55,594 bases of DNA from Deltaproteobacteria bacterium (GTDB lineage: Bacteria; Bdellovibrionota_C; UBA2361; SZUA-149; JADLFC01), in assembly GCA_020845775.1 (NCBI GenBank), contig JADLFC010000017.1, positions 1 to 55,594 on the forward strand, given 5' to 3'. Position numbers and translations under genes: made by a program. Of the stretch, positions 29,064-38,937 are shown piece after piece (positions within the stretch are counted from its first letter, which is position 1; every line of letters begins with the position of its first letter). A model generated the notes under the pieces. That model saw nothing but the letters and a program-made list of their open reading frames with translations. It was not told where the DNA came from and ran no database searches.

Positions 29064-30251
29064 ATGCAGGACGAGCAGTGGATTGCTAACATTCTTGAGG
29101 ATCTTCGAGGGAGAGATTTGGGGCGAAAACTGCGTTTGATGCCTCAGAGCGGAGCTTGGATAGATGTAAATGGCAGGAGGCTAATAAACTTAGCACAAAA
29201 TGACTATCTCAATTTAGCCCATAGGCCCTCGGTAATTGAAGCGGCTAGGCGCGCGCTATCTGAGACGAACTCTACGAGCTCGAGTGCTTCGCGCCTAGTA
29301 ACGGGAACACTTAGGTGGCATAGCGAACTAGAGGAGCGGCTGGCGGCTTTTTTGGGTTATCCCCGAGCAATCGTCTACGGAAGCGGCTATTTGGCTAATC
29401 TGGGCGTTATAACTGCGCTTGTCCACAGAAACGATGTCGTGGTTGCCGACAAACACGTTCACGCGTCGCTCATCGATGGAATCTCGCTAAGTGGCGCAAA
29501 ACTCCTGCGCTTTCTGCATAACGATATTAGTCATCTCGCGCGGGTTTTAGTAAAGGCTAGGGATATAGCAGGTAGCGGCGGGAAGGTGCTTTTGGTTACA
29601 GAGTCAGTTTTTAGTATGGACGGAGATGTCGCACCTTTGGTCGAGATGTCTCGGTTGGCCGAAAAATTCGGTGCGATATTTGTCGTCGATGAAGCTCACG
29701 CCATCGGCGTTTTTGGGGAGAATGGGCGCGGTCTCGTTAACCAGCTGGAGCTTCAGGGAAAAGTAGATATATGCACCGGTAGCTTCTGCAAATCACTTGG
29801 CAGTTATGGTGGTTTCGTCGCTGGCTCGCGGTTGGTGGCAGAGCTGCTAATAAACGTTTCTCGGCCTTTTATCTTTAATACTAGCCTGCCACCAGCCGTA
29901 GTCGCTGCTAGCAGCGAGGCAATTTCAGTGCTGGAGAGGGAGCCGCATTTAGGTGCTGAGCTTTTGGCAATTGCCGACTCGTTTAGAGGTGTTCTGCATG
30001 ATGGCGGCTTAGACACTGGCAGTTCTTGCAGCCAGATAGTTCCGCTTATCGTTGGTGAGAACTGCGCCGCGATGTCACTTTCGCGTATTTTGGAGGATGA
30101 AGGCGTTTTTGCGGTTGCGATTAGAGAACCTACAGTGCCGAGGGGCACGGCGAGGCTTCGCTTTTCGCTGTCTCTTGCCTATCATCAGCAGAAGATTAGC
30201 GCGGTGGCCGATGTCGTTCTTAAATGCGCAAGACGCGCTAATATCACATGA
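29064..30251 (+). CDS. bioF: 8-amino-7-oxononanoate synthase
   Basis: Class-II aminotransferase. The PLP-lysine region is GSFCKSLGSYGGFVAG...FSMDGDVAPL, and bioH and bioC lie downstream. I picked the internal ATG at 29064, which has an AAGG Shine-Dalgarno-like sequence 7 nt upstream. The longer ORF from 28962 is also possible. Confidence 0.85.
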   Translation: MQDEQWIANILEDLRGRDLGRKLRLMPQSGAWIDVNGRRLINLAQNDYLNLAHRPSVIEAARRALSETNSTSSSASRLVTGTLRWHSELEERLAAFLGYPRAIVYGSGYLANLGVITALVHRNDVVVADKHVHASLIDGISLSGAKLLRFLHNDISHLARVLVKARDIAGSGGKVLLVTESVFSMDGDVAPLVEMSRLAEKFGAIFVVDEAHAIGVFGENGRGLVNQLELQGKVDICTGSFCKSLGSYGGFVAGSRLVAELLINVSRPFIFNTSLPPAVVAASSEAISVLEREPHLGAELLAIADSFRGVLHDGGLDTGSSCSQIVPLIVGENCAAMSLSRILEDEGVFAVAIREPTVPRGTARLRFSLSLAYHQQKISAVADVVLKCARRANIT

Positions 30252-30997
30252 GTGCCTCGTTGGTATTTTTAAGTGGTTGGGCGCATAGCGCCGAGGTGTT
30301 TAGGCCGCTTCTTGAGAAACTGGGTGGCGTAAAGTCATCGCTTTTAGTCTCGCCTTCGCAATTACTTGTGGCTTGCCAGAGTGATAAGAGAAGAGAGGAG
30401 AGAAAGGATATAGGGCTTTACGCTCAGTCGCTTTTAGCGTTAATAGAAAGCCTGCCACCACCTCGGATATTTATTGGTTGGTCCATGGGTGGCATGATAG
30501 GCTTAGAAGCTTTAAGTGGCAGCAATATCGCCGAAAAACTAATTCTGCTTAGTTCTGCGTGCAGATTTACCTCTGATAAAGATTATCCATATGGCAGTAG
30601 TTTGGGCGCACTGCGACTCATGAAACAGCGTTTTTTGCGAGAGGATAAGCCCGCACTGCGGGATTTTTTTTCTCTAGTTAGCTACCCTGGACTATTAACT
30701 GAGGAGGAAACCGAATTCATGGTGATGAATGCCACTAGAGAGGGCAAGGAGAGTTTAATTGGTGGCCTCGAGTATTTGGAAAATGTCGATTTGCGAGACA
30801 AGATTCCTGGCGTTAGAGTCCCTACTTTGCTCTTACACGGTCGCTGCGACAAAGTTATTCCGTGTGAAGCATCTCATTATCTTGCGGCTAAGTTAAAGGA
30901 CAGTAGCTTGGTTATCATCGAGGAGGCTGGGCACGACTTAGTTAGTAGTCACCTAAGGGCGGTAAGTGAGTGCATATCGGAGTTTGTTGATTCTTGA
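30248..30997 (+). CDS. bioH: Pimeloyl-ACP methyl ester carboxylesterase (alpha/beta hydrolase)
   Basis: The nucleophile elbow IGWSMGG is present. The gene sits between bioF and bioC with 4-nt overlaps on both sides. Confidence 0.75.
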   Translation: MSASLVFLSGWAHSAEVFRPLLEKLGGVKSSLLVSPSQLLVACQSDKRREERKDIGLYAQSLLALIESLPPPRIFIGWSMGGMIGLEALSGSNIAEKLILLSSACRFTSDKDYPYGSSLGALRLMKQRFLREDKPALRDFFSLVSYPGLLTEEETEFMVMNATREGKESLIGGLEYLENVDLRDKIPGVRVPTLLLHGRCDKVIPCEASHYLAAKLKDSSLVIIEEAGHDLVSSHLRAVSECISEFVDS

Positions 30998-31803
30998 AGA
31001 CTGATGACTTTTCTGTAAAAAAACAGTTTTCACGCGCAGCCAATACGTATAACGATAGCGCGGCTTTGCAGTTGCGGATCTGCGTGGAGCTTTTAGAGAT
31101 GTTTAGGGTGCAGCGCGCGCCGGAAACGATACTCGAGCTTGGAAGCGGAACGGGCTTGCTAACGCGGCTTTTAAGACAGGCGTTCCCATTTGCGCTCATT
31201 CACGCGCTAGATATTTCGGAGAAAATGCTTGAAGTGGCGCGGTCTGAGCTAAACGACGATCGAAACATTGAGTGGCTCTGCTGTGATGCGCGCTATTTCA
31301 CTTCCTTAAGTCGCTACGATCTAATTGTAAGTGCATCGGCTATTCACTGGATGAGTCCTTTGGCGGAGTTGTTTGGAAATTTGCAAAAACTCCTAGCCAA
31401 GGGGGGTGTTTTTTTGTTTTCATTGATGACTAGTGGGACTCTTGCCGAACTTAGAACAGTTCGAGAACGAGTTGCTCCGGACAAAATGCCGGTGGGGAAA
31501 ATCCCTAGTTTTCAAACTGTTTGCGACGCTCTAGTGGCTAAAGGATTGGATATAGCTTCTTGTAGGCAAGTTTCGTACAAGGAGTATTATAGAAACGCGC
31601 AGGCCTTCGTCGATAGTTTGAGAAATTTAGGCGTTAATTCGGGCGAATTCTCTCGTTCGGTTAAGCCGCTATCAAAGAATGAAGTAGTGGACATTATTGA
31701 GCTTTACCAGCAAATGTATATAGAGAAGGATGGAACGGTAGGTGCTAGTTTTGAGGTAGGATATTTCGAGGCTTATTTAAAGACAAAAGCGCCCAATAAA
31801 TAA
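30994..31803 (+). CDS. bioC: Malonyl-ACP O-methyltransferase
   Basis: N-terminal KKQFSRAANTYNDSAALQ matches the BioC signature. A SAM-binding ILELGSGTG motif is present. Confidence 0.8.
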   Translation: MKTDDFSVKKQFSRAANTYNDSAALQLRICVELLEMFRVQRAPETILELGSGTGLLTRLLRQAFPFALIHALDISEKMLEVARSELNDDRNIEWLCCDARYFTSLSRYDLIVSASAIHWMSPLAELFGNLQKLLAKGGVFLFSLMTSGTLAELRTVRERVAPDKMPVGKIPSFQTVCDALVAKGLDIASCRQVSYKEYYRNAQAFVDSLRNLGVNSGEFSRSVKPLSKNEVVDIIELYQQMYIEKDGTVGASFEVGYFEAYLKTKAPNK

Positions 31804-31864
31804 TAAGCCCGGATGTAAACAACTGATGTTAACTTTGCATAACTACTATGCGTAATTACGGTCG

Positions 31865-31893
31865 TTGCTCCTATAGACGTCGCCGTGTATAAT
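31865..31893 (+). promoter_or_regulatory. Promoter candidate for the bPH_2 gene
   Basis: -35 TTGCTC, a 17-bp spacer, and a consensus -10 TATAAT preceded by TG. A GGAG Shine-Dalgarno lies 8 nt before the ATG at 31928. Confidence 0.4.
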
Positions 31894-31927
31894 ACGTGTT
31901 ATTTTATATACTTAATGGAGATTATCT

Positions 31928-32593
31928 ATGCAGCAGGGGCATAGCGATAAGCCGTCTCACGTTACGGATTATTTGGATTTAAAGAAGGAATTCCCCATGA
32001 GCACTTTATGGGCTGGTAGGGGTGCTAGTCTTCTCTTTCTTTTTTTCCTAATTTCGGTTGGCGTTGCTTGGGTGGTAAGCGAGTATTACGTTGCCTACAT
32101 TCAGGACGATCTTTGGCGCGAGAGGGCTGAGGGAGTGCTAATCGGCGTGATGGCGCTTCTGTTAGCCGCAAGTGTCATTCGCTTTATTTTCTTACAACTG
32201 GAAGCCAGGTTTTACGACTACCACGTAAGAGGCGGCAATTTGTATATTTCTAAGGGCATTATTATCAAGGAACGCGGTTCATTTCCATTGTCGCGCATCA
32301 CGGACATCTATCTGCGAAGAGGTGTTGGTGACCTAATATTTGGCCTGGCAACTTTACACGTATCAACTCCCACTAGCAGTTCGGGGCATTTTGCCTATAT
32401 TAAAGGCTTGCGAATGCACGATGCCATGGCACTTCAAACGAAGCTAGAGGAATTAGTAAAGGAGCAAGACAACAGTTTAGCTAACATGAGCGAGCTCATG
32501 GGCGAACTTGTGAGCGTTAACGAAGGTGTGCACAATGGCAATAAGGTGGTTCACATGAATGCACAGAACGCTAAGGTTTCTAACACTCGTTAA
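31928..32593 (+). CDS. YdbS/YdbT-like bacterial PH-domain (bPH_2, DUF304) membrane protein
   Basis: Two transmembrane helices are followed by the bPH_2 core YDYHVRGGNLYISKGIIIKERGSFPLSRITDIYLRRGVGDLIFGLATLHV. Confidence 0.7.
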   Translation: MQQGHSDKPSHVTDYLDLKKEFPMSTLWAGRGASLLFLFFLISVGVAWVVSEYYVAYIQDDLWRERAEGVLIGVMALLLAASVIRFIFLQLEARFYDYHVRGGNLYISKGIIIKERGSFPLSRITDIYLRRGVGDLIFGLATLHVSTPTSSSGHFAYIKGLRMHDAMALQTKLEELVKEQDNSLANMSELMGELVSVNEGVHNGNKVVHMNAQNAKVSNTR

Positions 32594-32645
32594 GATTTAG
32601 CAGCAATTAGCAAGTGGCCGTCATGGGCGCGATTTCAACACACTC

Positions 32646-33440
32646 CTAGTGCTCGTTTGGTTCAAAGATTAGTTTGAGTTTGTTGGCAATATTTGGCGAA
32701 AGCTTTTTAGCTGCATAGATAAACAAACCGCTCAGTGCATAGCCGGTAGATATGCCAACAATTATCAAGCGGCTGTGGTACCAGGTAAGCGCAACCAGTA
32801 TTGCCAGGATTACGAGATTTCTCATGCTACCAGCATCTATGAGCTTTATCTTCTTAACGCTAGGGTAAGTTAACGTGCTTACCATAAGAACGGCTATAAT
32901 AACGCAATATATCAAGAGCAGCATGACTCCGTAGTAGCTTGTAACTGGCTGCGGATTCCAATAGACGAGAGATGCAAGAGCGGCAGCGCCTGCCGGTATA
33001 GGCAGTCCCACAAAGTAATTCCTAGACCGAGTATCGATGTTAAACCTAGCTAAACGCGTCGCTCCCGCCACCATATATGCAAAGACCACCAAGACGCCAA
33101 ATTCATCGGCAATTTGGCTAAACGCCCAAGAGTAAATAAGTATGGCGGGCGCAACTCCGAAGGCTACTAAATCACTTAACGAATCGAACTCCCGGCCAAA
33201 GGCGCTAGTAGCATTAAGTCTACGCGCGACGCGCCCGTCCAGGCCATCGACGACAAAACTTAGAGCTATGCAGCGTATTGAGTAATCGAAATTGCCCTTA
33301 ACCGCTTGAAGAATTGCGAGGAAACCACAAAAACTCCCGATTACAGTGATTAAACTAGGGATTAGAAACATCTTCTCCTGAATCTTGTTTCTAACCAAGC
33401 GTGGTTTCTTAAATGCTAGCTTTGATTGTAGTGTGGTCAT
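32646..33440 (-). CDS. pssA: CDP-diacylglycerol--serine O-phosphatidyltransferase (CDP-alcohol phosphatidyltransferase family)
   Basis: The CDP-OH transferase motif DGLDGRVARRLNATSAFGREFDSLSDLVAFG (D-G-x2-A-R...G-x3-D-x3-D) and a multi-transmembrane topology. Confidence 0.8.
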   Translation of the reverse strand: MTTLQSKLAFKKPRLVRNKIQEKMFLIPSLITVIGSFCGFLAILQAVKGNFDYSIRCIALSFVVDGLDGRVARRLNATSAFGREFDSLSDLVAFGVAPAILIYSWAFSQIADEFGVLVVFAYMVAGATRLARFNIDTRSRNYFVGLPIPAGAAALASLVYWNPQPVTSYYGVMLLLIYCVIIAVLMVSTLTYPSVKKIKLIDAGSMRNLVILAILVALTWYHSRLIIVGISTGYALSGLFIYAAKKLSPNIANKLKLIFEPNEH

Positions 33441-33703
33441 GTTTAGTTAATAAATAAACCGTTAGCCAGAAAACTGCTATCTCACGACAGATGAAATTCT
33501 TCTGATTTTAGTCTATTTACGCGAGCGATGTCCATTGAACGCACGGAAGTTGATTCATGTTTATATCAAATCCATGTATATTAGCTTGGTAAATTTTTTA
33601 GAAGGCTAGAGTTTTTATGAAGTTACGTGTATAATTAGGCGCATTAATGGAAGCATAGGTATCTTGATTATTTATTAATTTAGAGTAAGTTACTGTATAT
33701 TTT

Positions 33704-33964
33704 ATGGCACGAATTACTGTTGAGGATTGTTTAGAGCAGGAGCCGAATCGTTTTAACTTGGTAAGGTTGGCGGCGGTCAGGGCTAAACAGTTACTAAGTG
33801 GGAGCGGAGCGGTGGTAGATTCAACAAGCAATCGAGAAATTGTTACCGCACTTAGAGAGATTGCCGATGGCAAGGTCAAGTTTCGCAATAAGCCCAGAAC
33901 TGTCTGGGATGAGGTGCCTAGTTCTAGCGATGAAAGGATGTCGCCAGTTAGCGGCAATGCTTGA
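33704..33964 (+). CDS. rpoZ: DNA-directed RNA polymerase subunit omega
   Basis: [30 protein letters not shown] is a canonical RpoZ N-terminus. spoT follows. Confidence 0.9.
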   Translation: MARITVEDCLEQEPNRFNLVRLAAVRAKQLLSGSGAVVDSTSNREIVTALREIADGKVKFRNKPRTVWDEVPSSSDERMSPVSGNA

Positions 33965-34068
33965 TATTTATTAGCCTGAAATCATTTGCTTTACTGTCCT
34001 TCTCACCTCACCGCGCGCTTGAGTGTGTGCGGGGAGGGTTGTTTTCCTAGACGTTTAAGAGGCGTACC

Positions 34069-36276
34069 ATGAGGTTGCAGGAGATCATCGTTGCGATCCA
34101 GAGCTATCAAGATGCGCCCGACATAGAAAGCGTGCGCCGCGCCTATTCTTACGTTCTCCATCACCATAAGGGGCAGACTCGCGTGTCTGGTGAACCCTAT
34201 GTAACTCATGTCACGGAGGTTGCTTTTCTCGCTGCCAAGCTCAAGCTCGATACATCTTCTATTGTTGCGGCACTTCTTCACGATACGGTGGAGGACACTG
34301 ACGTTACGTTGGAGGATTTACAGAAAGAGTTCGGCGAAGATGCTGCTACCTTGGTTGACGGAGTAACTAAACTTAGCAAAATTAATTTTAGCTCCAAGGA
34401 GGAGCAGCAGGCGGAAAATTTTCGCAAAATGCTAATCGCCATGGCGCGTGACATTCGCGTGCTCCTCGTAAAGCTTTGCGATCGCCTACACAATATGCGC
34501 ACTCTTGGTTATCTCTCTGAATCGCGGCGCAGAAGAATCGCTCAGGAAACTTTAGATATCTATGCTCCGCTTGCTCATCGCCTTGGTATTCACTGGATGA
34601 AGTCCGAACTCGAGGATCTGTCGTTTCGCCACTTAAAGCCCGAAATTTACGACAACATCAAGCGGGCCGTTAACAAGAACAAGAGAGAGCGAGAGCGCTA
34701 CATCGACGAAGTGGTTAGGCTCATTTCGCGCGAACTCGAGCAAAACAATATTGCGGCGGACGTGTCTGGTAGGCCTAAGCACTTTTATTCGATTTACCAA
34801 AAGATGCAGTCGCAGGAGCTAAACTTTGATGATATTTTCGATCTCACCGCTTTTCGCATAATCGTTAATACGCAGATGGAGTGTTACGCAGCCCTTGGTG
34901 TGGTTCATGCCGCCTGGCGCCCGATTCCTGGGCGTTTTAAGGATTACATAGCCATGCCCAAGCCGAATAATTACAGGTCGCTTCACACAACCGTTATTGG
35001 TCCGCGTGCCCAAAGGATTGAAATCCAGATTCGCACTCAGGAGATGCACGACATTGCCGAAAAAGGCATAGCTGCTCACTGGGTGTACAAGAAAGAAGGC
35101 TCGAGCACCAAGGCCTCTCCTCAGCACTGGGGACAATTCCCTTGGCTAAGAGACTTACTTGAATCCGGGAAGGCACTGCGGGATCCAGTGGAATTTATGT
35201 CAACCGTCAAGGACGATCTATTTCCAGAGGAGGTTTTTGTTTTCACTCCAAAAGGGGATGTGGTTGGTCTAGCTAAAGACTCCACTCCAATTGACTTCGC
35301 ATATCACATTCATTCGGAAGTGGGGAACCATTGCGCTGGTGCTCGCGTTAATGGGCAGCAAGTAGCGTTATCCCATCGCTTACAAAATGGCGACACCGTG
35401 GAAATAATTACGTCTAGTCGACAAATTCCCAACAAGGATTGGCTAAATGTCGTAGCAACCTCAAAAGCGAAGCAACGCATCCGGGCTTGGAGGAGGACGG
35501 AGGAGCGCGAATGTTCTATCGCGGTTGGAAAAGAGCTCTTAAGTAAGGATTTGGCTAAACTTAAGATGAACTTAAACAAGCTACTCAAAAGCGGCGAGCT
35601 GGCTAGAGTGGCGCACGAACTTAGCTTTGCGGACGAAGATGGACTGTTAGCTGAGATTGGCTACGGCAAACTCCCTGTCAATGGGGTTTTGAGAAAATTA
35701 TTGCCAGAAGATACGGATCTCGAGGCTAAATTAGCTCAGGATGAGACAACCCTTCAGAGGATTTTTAATCGCGCTGCTAAGGCATTCAAAGATCGCGGTG
35801 GGATAAAGGTTAGCGGCATGGAGGATGTCGTCTTTAAGTTTGCTCGTTGTTGCGAGCCGTTGCCGGGGGATCCGCTAATTGGATATGTGACACGCGGTCG
35901 AGGGGTAACGATTCACACGAGGCATTGTTCGCAGGCTATGGGATTTGACCCTCAGCGGCTTATAAATGTTTCATGGGACAGTGCCAAGGGCGTTACTCAG
36001 CGGCAGGTTCGCATTACCGTTATAGCGAGAGATCAGGTGGGCATTTTGGCCCAAATGAGCCAATCCATTGCCGCTACTGGCGCAAATATAGTGACGGCAC
36101 AGACTACCGTTACGCCGGACAAAAAGGCTATTAGCGTGTTTGACATAACCGTCGACGGGGCTTCCCAAGTGGATGCTATAACTAGAGCTTTAGAAAAGAT
36201 TGATGCGGTTATGAAGGTAGAGCGGCGACGGTTTGCCGATACGGCTGGTGGCGACTTTGACCAAAGTCGCTCGTAG
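34069..36276 (+). CDS. spoT: Bifunctional (p)ppGpp synthetase/hydrolase (RelA/SpoT family)
   Basis: HD hydrolase domain (HDTVEDT), RelA/SpoT synthetase domain, TGS domain and C-terminal ACT domain are present; 735 aa. It is downstream of rpoZ. Confidence 0.95.
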   Translation: MRLQEIIVAIQSYQDAPDIESVRRAYSYVLHHHKGQTRVSGEPYVTHVTEVAFLAAKLKLDTSSIVAALLHDTVEDTDVTLEDLQKEFGEDAATLVDGVTKLSKINFSSKEEQQAENFRKMLIAMARDIRVLLVKLCDRLHNMRTLGYLSESRRRRIAQETLDIYAPLAHRLGIHWMKSELEDLSFRHLKPEIYDNIKRAVNKNKRERERYIDEVVRLISRELEQNNIAADVSGRPKHFYSIYQKMQSQELNFDDIFDLTAFRIIVNTQMECYAALGVVHAAWRPIPGRFKDYIAMPKPNNYRSLHTTVIGPRAQRIEIQIRTQEMHDIAEKGIAAHWVYKKEGSSTKASPQHWGQFPWLRDLLESGKALRDPVEFMSTVKDDLFPEEVFVFTPKGDVVGLAKDSTPIDFAYHIHSEVGNHCAGARVNGQQVALSHRLQNGDTVEIITSSRQIPNKDWLNVVATSKAKQRIRAWRRTEERECSIAVGKELLSKDLAKLKMNLNKLLKSGELARVAHELSFADEDGLLAEIGYGKLPVNGVLRKLLPEDTDLEAKLAQDETTLQRIFNRAAKAFKDRGGIKVSGMEDVVFKFARCCEPLPGDPLIGYVTRGRGVTIHTRHCSQAMGFDPQRLINVSWDSAKGVTQRQVRITVIARDQVGILAQMSQSIAATGANIVTAQTTVTPDKKAISVFDITVDGASQVDAITRALEKIDAVMKVERRRFADTAGGDFDQSRS

Positions 36277-36495
36277 CGATATGTTATTAAAATACTGAGA
36301 CGCCTTGGGGTGATTTAGGGCATATTAGTTTTTTTGAAGCAAATAACAGTAGACTTCTGATATGTTTCTAAGCAAATAGGTAATAACTGTTATTTATTGT
36401 CTACAATTAACTTACTGTTTACTTTCAATAAAGTCGGAAGAATTCTCGTGGTTTATAGAATGATGCCGTGGTCTATCAGATTAGTTAGAGGTGTT

Positions 36496-36621
36496 TATAC
36501 CATTTACAAAAAGGATTTTTGTAAATGGTATAAACAGCAAGTGCGTAAGCACTTGCCAATAAACAACAAATACCGTTTCCAAAAAGTAAAATATTCAACT
36601 TACTTTTTGGAAACGGTATAT
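36496..36621 (-). repeat. Dispersed structured repeat, copy C (reverse orientation)
   Basis: Reads tataccatttacaaaaaggatttttgtaaatggtataaacagcaagtgcgtaagcacttgccaataaacaacaaataccgtttccaaaaagtaaaatattcaacttactttttggaaacggtatat. The stems are perfect: 13 bp, 8 bp and 17 bp. Confidence 0.9.
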
Positions 36622-36642
36622 TTAGGGGCGTTTTTTATAGTT

Positions 36643-37233
36643 GTGGCATTTTTTGGCAGTCTTCCAGGGCTTGCACTTGCGGATATGGCATGGATTGACG
36701 AGGCTACCGATTGCGACGATTTTCGGCTTCGCGTGCGGGTTTATACCGAGATTGCGTCTGGACTTAAGGATCTTTCGCGAACGCGACTACAAGATGTTAA
36801 TCGGATTTTTAATTTGGCCTGTAGCGAGCAATTTCGCTCCTGCGATTTTAGGTTTTGCTCTGCAAGCGCCGCATCCGAGGATAAGAGAGAACAAGCGAAT
36901 AGCAGCGTGATTACTTCTCCTAGCTTCGCAACGAGCGCGACGAGTGCTCTACCGAAGGTAGAGCCAATTGAAGCTTCAAAGAAGCTCGATACCGGAATGT
37001 CAGATAGCCCAGAGGTCATTAAGGATAAGTTATCAGACAGGAAGAATTTTTTTGTAGAACTTGACGGGCCAATTAGCCATTCCGCCAACATTGAATGGCG
37101 ACCATTTACTATCGATCATGGAGCCATAGACCGCCGCTTATTAACTGACCGCATTATGGCGCTTCAAGTTAGGACGAGGTTCTTGCCTTTTTGGTACATT
37201 AGAAACTCCCTGTTTCGCCTAAGTTTTTTTTAG
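36643..37233 (+). CDS. Hypothetical secreted protein
   Basis: The ORF is open from 36397, but its first 75 codons are read through repeat copy C. A plausible start is the GTG at 36643 (VAFFGSLPGLALA...) or the ATG at 36685. There is no recognisable domain. The C-terminus is aromatic (FLPFWYIRNSLFRLSFF). Confidence 0.35.
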   Translation: MAFFGSLPGLALADMAWIDEATDCDDFRLRVRVYTEIASGLKDLSRTRLQDVNRIFNLACSEQFRSCDFRFCSASAASEDKREQANSSVITSPSFATSATSALPKVEPIEASKKLDTGMSDSPEVIKDKLSDRKNFFVELDGPISHSANIEWRPFTIDHGAIDRRLLTDRIMALQVRTRFLPFWYIRNSLFRLSFF

Positions 37234-38325
37234 CTCCGCGCAAGAAGAAGCATATAGCCTACGAAAAACCTTTTTAAGAAGGCTAGTAAGCATTAATAGA
37301 ACAAGTACATAGCCAGCTAGCTGGTCTAAAGCTTGAGAGCCTTCGTGAACGTGTGTCTGAGTAGCTACTGAGCCACTGTATGGCTCCAGAATGACATTAG
37401 CCAGCGAGCCTATAGCAAGAGTGACTACCGCGATCGCCCCGAGATAAATGCCTAAAGCTCTATTCCCCAACTCTTCTTTGAGAACGAGAATGCTGGCGAT
37501 ATTGGTAGCAGGCCCAGCCAACAAGAAGACCAGGACTGCGCCAGGACTTAGGCCTTTTGCGAGCATAGCTGCCCCGACGGGAGTGGAGGCACTTGCGCAT
37601 ACGTATAGCGGCAGCGCCACGATAAACATTAATAGCATAGAGGTAAAGGGAGAAAGTCCTAGCAACTCTATGCTATTAGCAGGAACTGCAACTGCAATTA
37701 TTCCTGCAATAAAGTATCCAGTAAGCATGCTAAGCGCGATGTCGTCAATTACCGTTACGTAGCCAAAGTGAAGTATTGAGACGAGTTTCTCGAAAGCTAT
37801 TTTTAGGAACGGCGATTCTGAAGCTCGCGTTTTAGCCAAAGACGCCTTGCAGCAGACCGCTGCGCCAGACTCTTCCGTTAAACTACTGACACCTTGCGGC
37901 GCGGCTTCCTCAGGAGCGGCAAAGGTGTCAATGAGCGCACCAGCGGTAAGTGCTGATACAAAGGCCGCAACGGCTCTGGCAATCGCAATAAAAGGCCCAA
38001 GCAGCGCGTGGCTCAAAAAAAAGGAATCTATGCCAATTTCTGGCGTGCTAATCATGAAACTAGCCACTGCTCCGCGACTAGCCCCAGTCCTTCTAAGAGA
38101 AACCGCAACCGGGACTACGCCACACGAACAGAGCGGCAGTGGCATCCCTATAAGAGACGCCTTAATTACCGATTTTAGGCCGGGCTCCCGCAAATGTTGC
38201 CTTATAAAATCGGCTGGAAAGAAAACTTTTATCACGCCGGCCAAAAATAGCCCCACTAGCAACCAAGCCGCGCTATCTGTCGCCATTTTCCAGCTCGAAT
38301 TAAACCACTGTAATAAAACGTCCAT
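37219..38325 (-). CDS. COG0701/UPF0718-type permease with a CSCG motif
   Basis: A multi-transmembrane protein with LPLCSCGVVP in the loop after TM2. It is co-directional with an upstream Rrf2 regulator. Confidence 0.7.
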   Translation of the reverse strand: MDVLLQWFNSSWKMATDSAAWLLVGLFLAGVIKVFFPADFIRQHLREPGLKSVIKASLIGMPLPLCSCGVVPVAVSLRRTGASRGAVASFMISTPEIGIDSFFLSHALLGPFIAIARAVAAFVSALTAGALIDTFAAPEEAAPQGVSSLTEESGAAVCCKASLAKTRASESPFLKIAFEKLVSILHFGYVTVIDDIALSMLTGYFIAGIIAVAVPANSIELLGLSPFTSMLLMFIVALPLYVCASASTPVGAAMLAKGLSPGAVLVFLLAGPATNIASILVLKEELGNRALGIYLGAIAVVTLAIGSLANVILEPYSGSVATQTHVHEGSQALDQLAGYVLVLLMLTSLLKKVFRRLYASSCAELKKT

Positions 38326-38365
38326 TGTTTATTTTCTCAACAACAGCTTATTGTTTACCGAAGGC

Positions 38366-38845
38366 CTATTCACAACATGACAGTACCTTAAGAGATGTCG
38401 AGGAGTCTGATTTATCTAGCAATTTGTCCAATGTGTAATTTTTCAAGAAGGCATTTAGGTGTTCCTTGAGATCGTTCCATACTGGCCTTAGCCAGCAACT
38501 AGAATGAGGAGCGCAACGCAACTTAGGATCCAGTGGTTTAGTGCTGCAAATTAGTTCAAATGTCTCCCCCTCAACGGCAAGCAGTATGTCATAGAGAGTG
38601 ATTTCACTTGGGCTACGGGCTAGCTTGTAACCACCGTGCGGGCCACGAGTGCTTGTAACCACATTGCCTCGGCGCAGGCGATGAAGTATCTGTTGAGCGT
38701 ATTGCAGAGCTATGTCTTGATTCTCAGCGATTTCAGTAGCAGTTACGCAAACATCTTGGGCCGCTACCAAGGGGCGCTCCTGATTGCGTTTAGCTAGGTA
38801 TAGAGAAAGCAAAACTCCATACTCTCCCCACTGTGTAATTCGCAT
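38366..38845 (-). CDS. Rrf2-family (IscR/NsrR-like) transcriptional regulator
   Basis: MRITQWGEYGVLLSLYLA...TSTRGPHGGYKLARSPSEITLYDILLAVEG matches the Rrf2 winged helix-turn-helix. Cys residues spaced C-x9-C-x5-C could ligate an Fe-S cluster. Confidence 0.8.
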   Translation of the reverse strand: MRITQWGEYGVLLSLYLAKRNQERPLVAAQDVCVTATEIAENQDIALQYAQQILHRLRRGNVVTSTRGPHGGYKLARSPSEITLYDILLAVEGETFELICSTKPLDPKLRCAPHSSCWLRPVWNDLKEHLNAFLKNYTLDKLLDKSDSSTSLKVLSCCE

Positions 38846-38937
38846 ATTTCAAATCTCGCTCGCAAGTGCCTGCCTCTAGAGAGAGAGTATATGCGACAAA
38901 TTCCTGTGGCTCAACAGCTAGGTGGATCTGGCGATGG

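Noticed and set aside
33965-34068. Imperfect GC hairpin (ctcaccgc...gcggggag) plus T-rich tract between rpoZ and spoT
   Set aside because: The stem has a mismatch and the pairing is weak. rpoZ and spoT are classically co-transcribed, so a terminator call is not warranted.
36397-36642. N-terminal 82 codons of the long ORF 36397-37233, and the analogous ORF 38922-39143
   Set aside because: Both are read straight through repeat copies C and D, which encode ...QKVKY[SL]TYFLETVY in one frame. This is an artefact of the repeat and is unlikely to be translated.
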